Source: Chthoniobacterales bacterium
Lineage (GTDB): Bacteria; Verrucomicrobiota; Verrucomicrobiia; Chthoniobacterales; UBA10450
Length of the DNA: 64,000 nt
Assembly (NCBI GenBank): GCA_038229295.1
Contig: JBBROO010000005.1
Location: 30,514-94,513 of the forward strand
Direction of reading: 5' to 3'
In this document: in pieces, positions 1 to 9,896 of the stretch
How positions within the stretch are numbered: the first letter of the stretch is position 1
Layout: every line of letters starts with the position of its first letter
Program-made: the position numbers and the translations under genes
Notes under the pieces: generated by a model
Told to the model about the DNA's origin: nothing
Databases searched by the model: none
Seen by the model: only the letters and a program-made list of their open reading frames with translations

Positions 1-610
1 TGTTCGCTTCGATAAATTTCCGGAAGATCGACAACGAAGACTTGCCCGCGCTCTGCTTTGGAGCGCGGCCGCGCCGCTGGTCGTCATCAGTTTGATTCCG
101 GGCGCTGCGCCGCGTTATTCGCTGCCGGTGTTGACTCCGTTTTGTTGGTTCATGGGACTCTGTTTTGCCGCCGACGCGTTCGCGCGGCCACGCTGGCTTG
201 GAGCATTGGACAAACCAGTTTGGTCGCGGGTCGTCCCGGCCGTGGTCGTATTGTCGATGTTAGTTGGATTAGTCGGTTATCCCGTGGCGGCGAGGGCGGC
301 GCTGACGAAACGCCGCGAGAAAGTCAGGAATATTGCCGCACAGATCAATGCTGCCGTTCCGAAAACCGAAACGCTTTACGCGGTCGATCCCAATTATCAG
401 CCGTTGTTTTTTTACATGCAGTCGCCCGTTAAATATGTGTCCTCCATCGACGAACTGCCTTTTGAAACGCATTACTTTTTGGTTCGTCCGGACAATGAAC
501 AGGACGCGCTCGGGAGCGAGCAATGGGCCCCGCGAAAAGCGCACGCTATTTTGCGCGTGAAAGATTATCGCAAGCAAACCGTCATTTTGTTTGCGATCGA
601 TCCGGTCTGA
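1..610 (+). CDS. 3' part of a membrane protein gene entering from upstream of the window (possibly ArnT/PMT-type family 39 glycosyltransferase)
   Basis: Frame of ORF 92..610 stays open back to base 2; hydrophobic stretches then a soluble tail; family guess is from memory of similar C-termini, not a search. Confidence 0.4.
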   Translation, partial: VRFDKFPEDRQRRLARALLWSAAAPLVVISLIPGAAPRYSLPVLTPFCWFMGLCFAADAFARPRWLGALDKPVWSRVVPAVVVLSMLVGLVGYPVAARAALTKRREKVRNIAAQINAAVPKTETLYAVDPNYQPLFFYMQSPVKYVSSIDELPFETHYFLVRPDNEQDALGSEQWAPRKAHAILRVKDYRKQTVILFAIDPV

Positions 611-677
611 ATTTCAATTCGAGGCGGCGTGAACGCGGCGGGCGTGCGATGATCTAATAACGGAAAGCTCGGCACGC

Positions 678-1865
678 ATGGCAGACGATATACCAGAGGA
701 AAGGCGAGAGACGACCGGAAGCAAGATTCCACGATGGGCGTATTGGGTCGCGGGCGTCCTCGTGCTTTTTTTCTTACTGCGCGGTTGCTTCGGCAAGAAA
801 CAAATTTCAAGCGGGCCGCCACCCGCGCCGGTGATTGTCGATCTTGTAAAACAACAAAATGTGCCGGTGCAATTGCACGCCGTCGGTAACGTGCAGCCGT
901 TCACATCGGTCACAGTCAAGTCGCTCGTGTCCGGGCCGATCGAGAAGGTCCACTTCAAAGAAGGCCAGGACGTGAAGAAGGGCGATTTGCTTTTCACGAT
1001 CGATCCACGGCCGTTTGAAGCCGCGATGAAACAAGCGCAGGCGAATCTTGATAAGGACATGGCGCAGTCGTTGAATGCGCAGAAGGATGCGGTGCGCGCG
1101 TCAGACCTGGTCAAGAAAGGCGCGATCGCCGCGCAACAAAACGACCAGACGATTTCCAATGCGGTTTCCGAAAGCGCGACGATTCGCGGCGATCAAGCCG
1201 CGCTCGATACCGCGAAATTACAGGTCGAATACGCGTCCATTCGCTCGCCCATCGATGGACGCACCGGCGCGGTGTTAATCCACGAAGGCAACCTGGTGAA
1301 AGCGAATGATGATGCGTCGATTCTAGTCGTGATCAACCAGGTGCATCCGATTTACGTGCAGTTCTCGGTGCCGGAACAAAATCTGGACGCGATCCGGCCG
1401 CGCATGAAAGAGGGCGAGCTCGAGGTGGCGGCTAATCCGCCTAACGAGCCCGACCATATTTCGCACGGCGTGCTCACGTTGATCGACAACGCGGTCGATC
1501 AAAGTACTGGCACGGTGAAATTGAAGGCGACGTTCCCGAATGAAGACGAAGCGCTGTGGCCGGGAGAATTTGTGAACACGACGCTGACGTTATCGAATCA
1601 GGCGAATGCGATCACGGTGCCGACGAAGGCGCTGCAGCCGGGTCAGAAAGGGCAATACGTTTTTGTGGTGAAGTCCGATCAGACGGCCGAGATGCGCATT
1701 GTCGATCTTGCGCGAATCGAGGGGCCGATCGCGGTGATTAACAAAGGCGTGCAGGCGGGCGAGAATGTTATCGTGGATGGGCAGATCGCCGTTCGACCGG
1801 GCGGAAAAGTTCAGCCGAAGAATCCAGTGCCCGGCGGCGCGCCTAACAAACCAAGCCAGCCATGA
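678..1865 (+). CDS. RND efflux periplasmic adaptor (membrane fusion protein, HlyD/AcrA family)
   Basis: 395 aa, N-terminal TM helix, adaptor hallmarks (VTVKSLVSGPI, IRSPIDGRTG), ATGA overlap with the downstream RND pump. Confidence 0.85.
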   Translation: MADDIPEERRETTGSKIPRWAYWVAGVLVLFFLLRGCFGKKQISSGPPPAPVIVDLVKQQNVPVQLHAVGNVQPFTSVTVKSLVSGPIEKVHFKEGQDVKKGDLLFTIDPRPFEAAMKQAQANLDKDMAQSLNAQKDAVRASDLVKKGAIAAQQNDQTISNAVSESATIRGDQAALDTAKLQVEYASIRSPIDGRTGAVLIHEGNLVKANDDASILVVINQVHPIYVQFSVPEQNLDAIRPRMKEGELEVAANPPNEPDHISHGVLTLIDNAVDQSTGTVKLKATFPNEDEALWPGEFVNTTLTLSNQANAITVPTKALQPGQKGQYVFVVKSDQTAEMRIVDLARIEGPIAVINKGVQAGENVIVDGQIAVRPGGKVQPKNPVPGGAPNKPSQP

Positions 1866-4800
1866 GCATTCCAGAGCTCTTCATTCGCCGACCGGTCATG
1901 ACCACGCTGGTCATGAGCGCCGTCATTATTTTTGGCTGGGCGGCATATCGATCGTTGCCGGTGAGCGATCTGCCGAATGTGGATTTTCCGACGATCAACG
2001 TCGGCGCGAGTTTGCCCGGAGCGAATCCGGAAACGATGGCGTCATCGGTCGCGACCGTGTTGGAGCAGGAATTTTCGACCATCGCCGGCATTGATTCGAT
2101 GACTTCGATCAGCGCGCTTGGGAGCACGAGCGTGACGATTCAATTCAATCTTGATCGCTCGCTCGATTCCGCGGCGCTCGATGTGCAGGCGGCGATTTCG
2201 CGAGCGACGCGGCGATTGCCGCAAAACATGCCGAGTCCGCCCTCGTATCAGAAAGTAAATCCGGCGGACCAACCGATTCTTTATGTGGCGCTGATCTCGC
2301 CCACGCTGCCGCTGTCGCAAGTGGATGAGTTCGGGCAGACGACGATGGCGCAACGCATCTCGACGGTGAGCGGTGTCGCGCAAGTGCAGGTGTTCGGCAC
2401 GCAAAAGTACGCGGTGCGCGCGCAGGTCGATCCGAACAAACTCGCGGCGCGCGGGATCGCGCTCGATGAAGTTTCGGAAGCGATCAACAAAGCGAATGTG
2501 AATTTGCCGACGGGAACGCTCTACGGAAAAGAGCAGGCGTTTACGGTGCAGGCGACGGGGCAACTGCAGGATGCGATGGCGTTTCGCAAGTTGGTGGTGA
2601 CGTACCGAAATGGATCACCGGTCCATTTGGAAGAGCTCGGTAACGTCATCGACGGAACGCAGAACGATAAGGTCGCGAGTTGGTATAACGACACCCGCGC
2701 GATCGTGCTCGCGATTCAACGGCAACCGGGAACGAACACGGTCGCGGTGGTGGATGGCATTCGAAAATTACTGCCGACATTCGAGAAGCAAATGCCGGCG
2801 GCGATGGACTTAAAAATTTTGTTCGACCGCTCGGAATCGATTCGCGCGTCGGTGCACGATGTGAAGTTCACGCTCGTGCTCGCGATTTGCCTCGTTGTGC
2901 TGGTGATCTTTTTGTTTCTGCGCACGCTCGCGGCCACGCTCATTCCGAGCCTCGCCATGCCGCTGTCGATCATCGGGACATTTGGCGTGATGTATCTCTT
3001 CGGCTTCAGCCTCGACAATCTTTCGCTCATGGCGCTGACCTTGTGCGTCGGCTTCGTCGTCGACGACGCCATTGTTGTTCTCGAGAACATCATCCGTCAT
3101 GTCGAGCGCGGTGAGCCGGTGATGGAAGCGTCGCTACGGGGATCGAACGAGATCGGATTCACCGTCATTTCCATGACCGTGTCGCTGGCGGCGGTGTTCA
3201 TTCCGATTTTGTTCATGGGCGGATTGTTCGGCCGCTTGCTTCATGAGTTTGCCGTTACCATCACGACCGCCATTCTCGTCTCCGGATTTGTTTCGCTGAC
3301 GCTCACGCCGATGCTCTGCAGCCGCTTCCTCCGGCCGCACGATCCGAACAAACATCACGGCAGATTTTACGAAGCGATGGAGCGTGTCTTCGAACGAATG
3401 CGCAATTTTTATGAGCGCACGCTGCAGGTCGCGTTGCGGCACCGGCTCGCGGTTTTGGTCATCGCGATCGCCCTTTTGCCCGCGACGGCGCTTCTGTTCA
3501 AGCTGAGCAAAACCGGGATTTTTCCAACCGACGATCTCGGCGCCATTTTCGCATTTACGGAAGGATCACAAGACATCTCCTTCGATGCGATGGTCCAACA
3601 TCAGCAGCAGGCCGCGGCGATCGTGAAAGAGAATCCTTACGTTGATCGCTTTATGTCAACGGTCGGCGCGGGCGGGCCGAATATTTCCGGAAACTCCGGC
3701 CGCATCTTCATGCTTCTTAAGCCTCGATCGCAGCGGCCATCCGCGCAGCAGATTATCGAGCAACTGCGACCGAAGCTCGCCCAAATACCGGGCATTAAAA
3801 TTTTTCCACAGGTGCTGCCGACAATTCGTATTGGCGGCAATCTATCGAAGGCGGCGTATCAGTACACGCTTTTCGGGAGCGATCTGAAACAGCTTTACGA
3901 AGTCGCCCCGAAGTTTGAGGAGAAAATCCGAGGTATCTCTGGCCTAACGGATGTGAATTCCGATCTCTATCTCAAAACTCCGCAGGCGATGGTGAACATC
4001 GACCGGGAGAAAGCAGCCGCGCAGGGAATTTCGCCGGAACAAGTCGAAAACACACTCTACAACGCTTACGGCGCGCGCCAGGTCTCGACCATTTACACGC
4101 CAACAAATCAGTACTGGGTCATTCTCGAAGTCGAACCACGCTTTCAACGCGATCCCGCGTCGCTTTCGCAGCTCTACGTAAGATCGACAAATGGTAAGCT
4201 GGTCCCGCTCGGCGCAGTCACCAGGATTGACCGCACGGTCGGCCCGCTCACCGTTTCGCATCTCGGCCAGCTTCCCGCGGTCACCATATCGTTCGGGCTA
4301 AAACCAAACGTGTCGTTAGGCGATGTCGTCCCGAAAATTCAGGACATCGCCCGCCGCGAATTACCTTCGACCATCAGCACCGGTTTCCAGGGAACGGCGC
4401 AAGCGTTTCAAAGTTCTTTCGCCGGTCTGGGGCTGTTGCTGTTGATGGCCATCCTCGTCATCTATCTCGTCCTCGGTGTTCTCTACGAAAGTTTCATTCA
4501 TCCCATCACCATCTTGTCCGGCCTGCCGTCGGCCGGCTTCGGCGCGCTGCTCACGCTTTTGGTTTTTGGAATGGAGCTCAATATCTATTCCTTCGTCGGC
4601 ATCATCATGCTCATCGGCATCGTGAAAAAGAATGCGATCATGATGATCGATTTCGCGATCGACGCGCAACGCCGCGAAGGCAAAAGCCCGGCGGATGCAA
4701 TCTACGAAGCGTGCTTGGTGCGATTCCGTCCGATCATGATGACGAGTGTGGCGGCATTGATGGGAACGTTGCCGATCGCGCTCGGGTTCGGCGCGGGATC

Positions 4801-5008
4801 GGAATCACGACGCCCGTTAGGCATGGCCGTGGTCGGCGGTTTGCTCTTCTCGCAACTCCTCACGCTCTACATCACACCGGTGATTTATTTATATTTGGAG
4901 CGTTTGCAAAATGGGCGAACGACCAAAAGGCCGCGGCAAGATCGACATGTTGACCCCACGCCGCTTTCCGTTTCCGAGCGCGAGCCAGAACCAGTCGGCG
5001 CGCGGTAA
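1862..5008 (+). CDS. RND multidrug efflux permease (AcrB/MexB, HAE1 family)
   Basis: 1048 aa, 12-TM two-lobe architecture, conserved VVDDAIVVLENI and KKNAIMMIDFA segments. Confidence 0.9.
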   Translation: MSIPELFIRRPVMTTLVMSAVIIFGWAAYRSLPVSDLPNVDFPTINVGASLPGANPETMASSVATVLEQEFSTIAGIDSMTSISALGSTSVTIQFNLDRSLDSAALDVQAAISRATRRLPQNMPSPPSYQKVNPADQPILYVALISPTLPLSQVDEFGQTTMAQRISTVSGVAQVQVFGTQKYAVRAQVDPNKLAARGIALDEVSEAINKANVNLPTGTLYGKEQAFTVQATGQLQDAMAFRKLVVTYRNGSPVHLEELGNVIDGTQNDKVASWYNDTRAIVLAIQRQPGTNTVAVVDGIRKLLPTFEKQMPAAMDLKILFDRSESIRASVHDVKFTLVLAICLVVLVIFLFLRTLAATLIPSLAMPLSIIGTFGVMYLFGFSLDNLSLMALTLCVGFVVDDAIVVLENIIRHVERGEPVMEASLRGSNEIGFTVISMTVSLAAVFIPILFMGGLFGRLLHEFAVTITTAILVSGFVSLTLTPMLCSRFLRPHDPNKHHGRFYEAMERVFERMRNFYERTLQVALRHRLAVLVIAIALLPATALLFKLSKTGIFPTDDLGAIFAFTEGSQDISFDAMVQHQQQAAAIVKENPYVDRFMSTVGAGGPNISGNSGRIFMLLKPRSQRPSAQQIIEQLRPKLAQIPGIKIFPQVLPTIRIGGNLSKAAYQYTLFGSDLKQLYEVAPKFEEKIRGISGLTDVNSDLYLKTPQAMVNIDREKAAAQGISPEQVENTLYNAYGARQVSTIYTPTNQYWVILEVEPRFQRDPASLSQLYVRSTNGKLVPLGAVTRIDRTVGPLTVSHLGQLPAVTISFGLKPNVSLGDVVPKIQDIARRELPSTISTGFQGTAQAFQSSFAGLGLLLLMAILVIYLVLGVLYESFIHPITILSGLPSAGFGALLTLLVFGMELNIYSFVGIIMLIGIVKKNAIMMIDFAIDAQRREGKSPADAIYEACLVRFRPIMMTSVAALMGTLPIALGFGAGSESRRPLGMAVVGGLLFSQLLTLYITPVIYLYLERLQNGRTTKRPRQDRHVDPTPLSVSEREPEPVGAR

Positions 5009-5179
5009 AGCTGCTCAGAGCGGCGATTTCCTTTCGACTGAACTAGTGGCCGACAGCCTGGCGTCAATCTTTTGATTGCCACAACGAAAATGGACCACGC
5101 CATCTTCGATCTTGATCACGCGCAAGCCCGCGGTGCCGTTGGGGCGACGGGCGGTTGCCTCCCGCGCCAGATGTCGATC

Positions 5180-6475
5180 TTAAGCTGGCGTGGCTGCGCC
5201 TTGTCCGGCACGAACTGCGGCGATAGCCGGAAGCGGCGACGCTTGTAATTTCAACCCGGAAGATTTCGCGGTGGTCTCGTCCGGCCGTCGAACCTTCTTC
5301 AGCAATTCAATTTCGCGACGAATATTATTTTTGTTAGTCGAGAAAATCATCGCGCAGTCTTCCGTGATGATCTCTTGTTCGTAAGCCTTGAGTAATTCCT
5401 GGTCGAATGTATGCCAGCCGCGCGTGCTGCCCGCTTCAATAATGTCAGTGAAAGTGCGGTTTTCCGCTTCCCCGTAGAGCAATGTCTCGCGCGTGCGCAG
5501 ACTGCTGCCCATGATTTCAGTGATGAGTAATCGGCCGCCGGCGGCTTTGTTGACCAGGCGCTGACTAACGATATAGCGCACGGTATCGGCAAGGCGTTGT
5601 CGAACTTGCTGTTCGTCCTCTTTCCCGAACATTCCCAGAATTCGATTCACCGTCTGGCCGGCGTCGATGGTATGCAGTGTCGCGAAGACGACATGTCCGG
5701 TTTCCGACGCCGTTAACGCGATCTCCATTGTCTCGCGGTCGCGAATCTCGCCGACGAGAATCACTTTGGGGGCCTGACGTAACGCGGCGCGTAACCCTTC
5801 GGCGAAACTCGGGAAATCTTTTCCCAGTTCGCGCTGACTGAATATGCAGCGTCGCTGCGGATGCATGTATTCGATCGGATCTTCGAGCGTCACCACGTGC
5901 AATTCCTGCGTCACATTGAGCTCGTTCAACATCGCCGCCAGCGTCGTCGTTTTGCCACTGCCGGTGGCGCCGGTCAGAAAAATGATGCCGTTTTTTTCCA
6001 AAACGATGTCGCGAAAAATCTGAGGCAGTTCCAGCGTCTCGATCGTCGGGATATCCGCCGGCAATCGGCGCATGACGATCGAGTGTCGTCCCTTTTGCTT
6101 GAAAATATTAACGCGAAACCGCGCCAGACCGCTCAGCCCGTAACTGCAATCGCACGAGCCGCGCACATTGAAGTCCTCCAGCAAGCGTTTGTTGCCATCA
6201 ATGACGACATCGGCGATCTGCGCCATTTCTTCCTGGGTAAATCCCTCATTCCGCCCGCTCAATTGAAATTCCTTGAGCGTGCCGTGACTCTGCGCCACCG
6301 GTTGTTTCCCGACCACGAAAAGAAAATCGGGAGCGTCTTTGTCGCTCTCGAGCATCGCCGTCAGCAGCGTATCAAGCCACTGTTTCGTCATACTTTCGAG
6401 TTCTGCACCAGCTCTTTTCAGCAATATCCGCGCCCATATTGCCTCTGGCGTTGCCTGCGCAAGATCGACAATCAC
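5180..6475 (-). CDS. PilT-family type IV pilus retraction ATPase paralogue (431 aa, extended at both termini)
   Basis: Walker A GATGSGKTTT, Walker B/Asp box VILVGEIRD, His box ATLHT; GTG start; no neighbouring pilus genes. Confidence 0.85.
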   Translation of the reverse strand: MIVDLAQATPEAIWARILLKRAGAELESMTKQWLDTLLTAMLESDKDAPDFLFVVGKQPVAQSHGTLKEFQLSGRNEGFTQEEMAQIADVVIDGNKRLLEDFNVRGSCDCSYGLSGLARFRVNIFKQKGRHSIVMRRLPADIPTIETLELPQIFRDIVLEKNGIIFLTGATGSGKTTTLAAMLNELNVTQELHVVTLEDPIEYMHPQRRCIFSQRELGKDFPSFAEGLRAALRQAPKVILVGEIRDRETMEIALTASETGHVVFATLHTIDAGQTVNRILGMFGKEDEQQVRQRLADTVRYIVSQRLVNKAAGGRLLITEIMGSSLRTRETLLYGEAENRTFTDIIEAGSTRGWHTFDQELLKAYEQEIITEDCAMIFSTNKNNIRREIELLKKVRRPDETTAKSSGLKLQASPLPAIAAVRAGQGAATPA

Positions 6476-6504
6476 TCTGGCTAATGTTCTTTTAGTCGTG
6501 TCGC

Positions 6505-8565
6505 ATGAATGCGCCTACCGAACAGCGCCGGCTCGCCGCCATCATGTTCACCGATATGGTGGGCTACAGCGCACTTGCGCAACAGAACGACGCGCTCGCG
6601 CTGGAGCTGCTCGAAGAACATCGCCAAATTCTCCGCGCCATCATCGCGCGATTCCGCGGCCACGAAATCAAAACCATTGGCGACGCCTTCATGGTTGAAT
6701 TTTCGAGCGCGTTGGATGCGGCCAATTGCGCCATCGAAATCCAGCGCACCATGGCGAAGCGAAATCACGATGTGCCTAACGAACGCCAAATTGAGATCCG
6801 GATCGGCATCCACATCGGCGACGTCGTTCATCGCGAGAACGACGTTTACGGCGACGGCGTCAACATCGCCTCGCGCATCCAGTCGCTTGCCCGCCCGGCC
6901 GGCATTTGCATTTCGATGGATGTGGAACGGCAAATCCGGAATGCGCTCGAAGCGCGTTTCGAAAAACTCGCGCCGACCGAATTGAAGAACATTCAGTTGC
7001 CGATGGATTTGTTTCGCATCGTTTTGCCCTGGGAAAAACGTCCGGGCACGATGACCAAAGTGTCGCGCGCACGTCCGCGCGCTTTGTTCATGTCGATCTT
7101 GGCGTTGTCGATCTTGCTCGCCGGAATCGGCGCATGGTTTTGGCGCGCGCATCCGAAATCAACAGCGGTTGCTCCGGTCTCGAAATCGGTCGCAGTCTTG
7201 CCGTTCGTAAACATGAGCGCGGACAAGGAGAACGAATATCTGAGTGACGGGATTACCGAGGATCTCTGCACCGCGCTCACGCAAATCAAAGGACTGCACG
7301 TGCCTGCGCGCACTTCGTCCTTCGCCTTCAAAGGCAAAACCGAAGACATCCGCAAGATCGGCCAGCAATTAAACGTCGCGACGGTGCTCGAAGGCAGCGT
7401 GAGCAAAGCGGGAAACAAACTTCGCATCACCGCGCAACTCGTTAACGTGGCCGACGGTTTTCATCTTTGGGCGGCGAATTACGATCGGGAGATGACCGAC
7501 ATTCTCGACATTCGGACCGAAATTTCCCGGCAGGTAGTGGACGCATTGAAAGTCGAACTCGGGATCGAAGAGACGCAGCGCCTTGCGAAAAAGCCAACTG
7601 AGACTTCGGAAGCGTACCAGCTCTACTTGTTAGGCCGCTTTGAATTTAACCGGTTCACCGAAGCGGGTTTCAACAAAGCGGTCGAAGATTTCAAGCGCGC
7701 GATTGAGCTCGATCCTTCATTTGCTCTGGCTAATGCCGGTCTGGCCGAAGCGGACAACATGCTCGCCTACTGGAATTTTGTTTCGCCCAAAGTCGGTTTC
7801 CCCGAGGCCAAGCGAGCGGCTGAGCGCGCGTTGCAGCTGGATCCGGCGCTGGCCGAAGGTCACAGCGCACTCGGCTTCGTTCTTTATGAATACGAATGGC
7901 GTTTCGCGGATGGTGAGCGTGAGCTCGCCGAAGCTGTTCGGCTCAATCCGCGCTCCGCCACGGCGCACTTGTGGTATGGCGAGTTTCTCGTTGTCATGGG
8001 ACGTTTTCCCGAAGCGCGGGAGCAATTCGAGCGCGCGAAAGAATCCGATCCGCTCTCCGTCCGGTTAGTTGTCGATCTTGCGACCTGGTACTGGTTCCAG
8101 CGGCAAGCTGAACCGGCAGTGACGCAGTTGCAGAAAGCGATCGAGATGGATCCGGCGAACAGCCTTAGCCATCACTTCCTTGCTTTCATTCTTTTGCACA
8201 TGAACAAACTCCCCGAAGCGGTAAGCGAGGTGGAAAAGGCGAACACATTTGAGGCCATCTTCACCGCCGATGAAAATGCGGAGCTGCGAAAGACATACGA
8301 AACGTCGGGTGCGCCCGCGTTTTTTCGCAGAGAAGCAGAGATGATGCAGCGATGGATCGCGCGCGGACGATATCGTTCGGCCTTGATCATCGCGTTGCAT
8401 TACACCATCGCCGGCGACAACGAGCAGGCGCTTCATTGGCTCGATCGCGCGGTCGACGAACGAGCCGGCTGGCTGCCGGAATTGAAAAGGGAACCAACGT
8501 GGGACGCTTTTCGTTCGGATCCGCGCTTTGTCGCGTTGTTGAAAAAAATAGGATTGGAAAAATGA
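6505..8565 (+). CDS. class III adenylate/guanylate cyclase fused to a TM segment and TPR-like repeats
   Basis: N-terminal cyclase homology domain (FTDMVGYS, IKTIGDAFMVEF, RIGIHIGDV), one TM helix, C-terminal TPR-like repeats. Confidence 0.8.
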   Translation: MNAPTEQRRLAAIMFTDMVGYSALAQQNDALALELLEEHRQILRAIIARFRGHEIKTIGDAFMVEFSSALDAANCAIEIQRTMAKRNHDVPNERQIEIRIGIHIGDVVHRENDVYGDGVNIASRIQSLARPAGICISMDVERQIRNALEARFEKLAPTELKNIQLPMDLFRIVLPWEKRPGTMTKVSRARPRALFMSILALSILLAGIGAWFWRAHPKSTAVAPVSKSVAVLPFVNMSADKENEYLSDGITEDLCTALTQIKGLHVPARTSSFAFKGKTEDIRKIGQQLNVATVLEGSVSKAGNKLRITAQLVNVADGFHLWAANYDREMTDILDIRTEISRQVVDALKVELGIEETQRLAKKPTETSEAYQLYLLGRFEFNRFTEAGFNKAVEDFKRAIELDPSFALANAGLAEADNMLAYWNFVSPKVGFPEAKRAAERALQLDPALAEGHSALGFVLYEYEWRFADGERELAEAVRLNPRSATAHLWYGEFLVVMGRFPEAREQFERAKESDPLSVRLVVDLATWYWFQRQAEPAVTQLQKAIEMDPANSLSHHFLAFILLHMNKLPEAVSEVEKANTFEAIFTADENAELRKTYETSGAPAFFRREAEMMQRWIARGRYRSALIIALHYTIAGDNEQALHWLDRAVDERAGWLPELKREPTWDAFRSDPRFVALLKKIGLEK
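7091..7115 (-). repeat. tandem pair of the word inside the cyclase TM helix
   Basis: TGTCGATCTTggcgtTGTCGATCTT (offset 15 nt), translated MSILALSIL. Confidence 0.9.
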
Positions 8566-9485
8566 AGGCGCAGTTTGAAAAGGAACAATCGGATGCGGGT
8601 GAGTTTCAACGGCAGGAGGACGCATTCCGTGAATCGATTGGAAGATCGACATCTTATCCTGCGGTCGCGGGCCGCTATCATCTTTACGTTTCGCTGGCCT
8701 GTCCGTGGGCAAGTCGCACCATCATTTTTCGAAAGCTGAAAGGACTCGAAGAAGCGATCGGCCTAACGATTGTCGATCCAATTCGAGATGAGAAAGGTTG
8801 GGCCTTCCGGCCGGAGCGCGATCCGGTGAATGGCTTCGAGTATTTGCGCGAAGCCTACGCCGCGACCGATCCGAATTTCGATGAGCGTGTAACGGTGCCG
8901 GTGCTTTGGGACAAGGAAACGAAAAAGATCGTGAACAATTGCGAGGACGATATCTGCGTGATGTTCAACAGCGCCTTCAACGACGTGGCCGCAAATAAAG
9001 ATGTCGATCTTATGCCGAAAGAAATCGAAGCCGAGCATGCGAAACTGAGCGACTTCATTTACGACAACATTAACAACGGCGTTTACAAAGCCGGTTTCGC
9101 CACGCGCCAGCGGCCCTACGAGATTTCCTGCCGAAAACTTTTCGAAGCGCTCGATGAGTTAGAAAACCGCCTAACGAAATCGCGTTATCTTTTTGAGAAT
9201 CGAATTGTCGAAGCGGATTGGCGATTGTTTTGCACGCTCGTTCGTTTCGACGTTGTCTATCACGGCCACTTCAAATGCAACCTTCGCCGCATCATCGATT
9301 ATCCGAACCTGCAAGGCTATCTGATGGATCTCTATCAGCAGCCCGGCATCGCCGAGACGGTCAACTTCGATCACATCAAGCGTCACTATTATATGACGCA
9401 CGAGCAGATTAATCCGACGCGCATCGTCCCGTTAGGCCCGATTGTCGATCTTATGCAGGCGCACGGGCGAGAAGCGTTGCCGTAG
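8562..9485 (+). CDS. yqjG: Xi-class glutathione S-transferase / glutathionyl-hydroquinone reductase
   Basis: Start taken at MKAQFEKE (ATGA overlap with cyclase stop; tracked ORF 8352.. is over-extended); diagnostic YHLYVSLACPWASRT motif. Confidence 0.75.
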   Translation: MKAQFEKEQSDAGEFQRQEDAFRESIGRSTSYPAVAGRYHLYVSLACPWASRTIIFRKLKGLEEAIGLTIVDPIRDEKGWAFRPERDPVNGFEYLREAYAATDPNFDERVTVPVLWDKETKKIVNNCEDDICVMFNSAFNDVAANKDVDLMPKEIEAEHAKLSDFIYDNINNGVYKAGFATRQRPYEISCRKLFEALDELENRLTKSRYLFENRIVEADWRLFCTLVRFDVVYHGHFKCNLRRIIDYPNLQGYLMDLYQQPGIAETVNFDHIKRHYYMTHEQINPTRIVPLGPIVDLMQAHGREALP

Positions 9486-9896
9486 GTGCGCACCGCCCGT
9501 TCACTTGCGACATGATTTCGGCGTCTCCTTTTCTGCCTGTGCCGTGAGCGAGCATCCAAATACCGCCCACGAAAAGCGCTGCGATCCAAGCACAAGCCAG
9601 CACAGCGATTGTTAGAGTTTTTTTGTTTTGTGAGTGCAAGTGGAAGCTCCCTGCTGCCCAGCAATTTCAAGCAGGGCGCGTTCCATTTCGCGCATGCAAA
9701 AACGCGGGAAATCGCCGCCATCCGCTACGAAAATGCGCGCGGAAGTTCAGCGTTGAATGTCCAGCGATTTTTGTGGCCGATGACTTGCTCCTAAGATCGA
9801 CATGAAAGCCGCGCGGCGATTTTTTCGCGGCTCGTAAGAATCGGACATGGACGCAGCCACGAATCAGGTACAGCTTGCGCTGCGACCGCGCCTCAA

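Noticed and set aside
9451-9639. 62-aa ORF with one hydrophobic helix in the yqjG / histidine kinase intergenic region
   Set aside because: It overlaps the 3' end of yqjG by 35 nt on the opposite strand, and has no RBS or family signature that I can see. It cannot be distinguished from chance.
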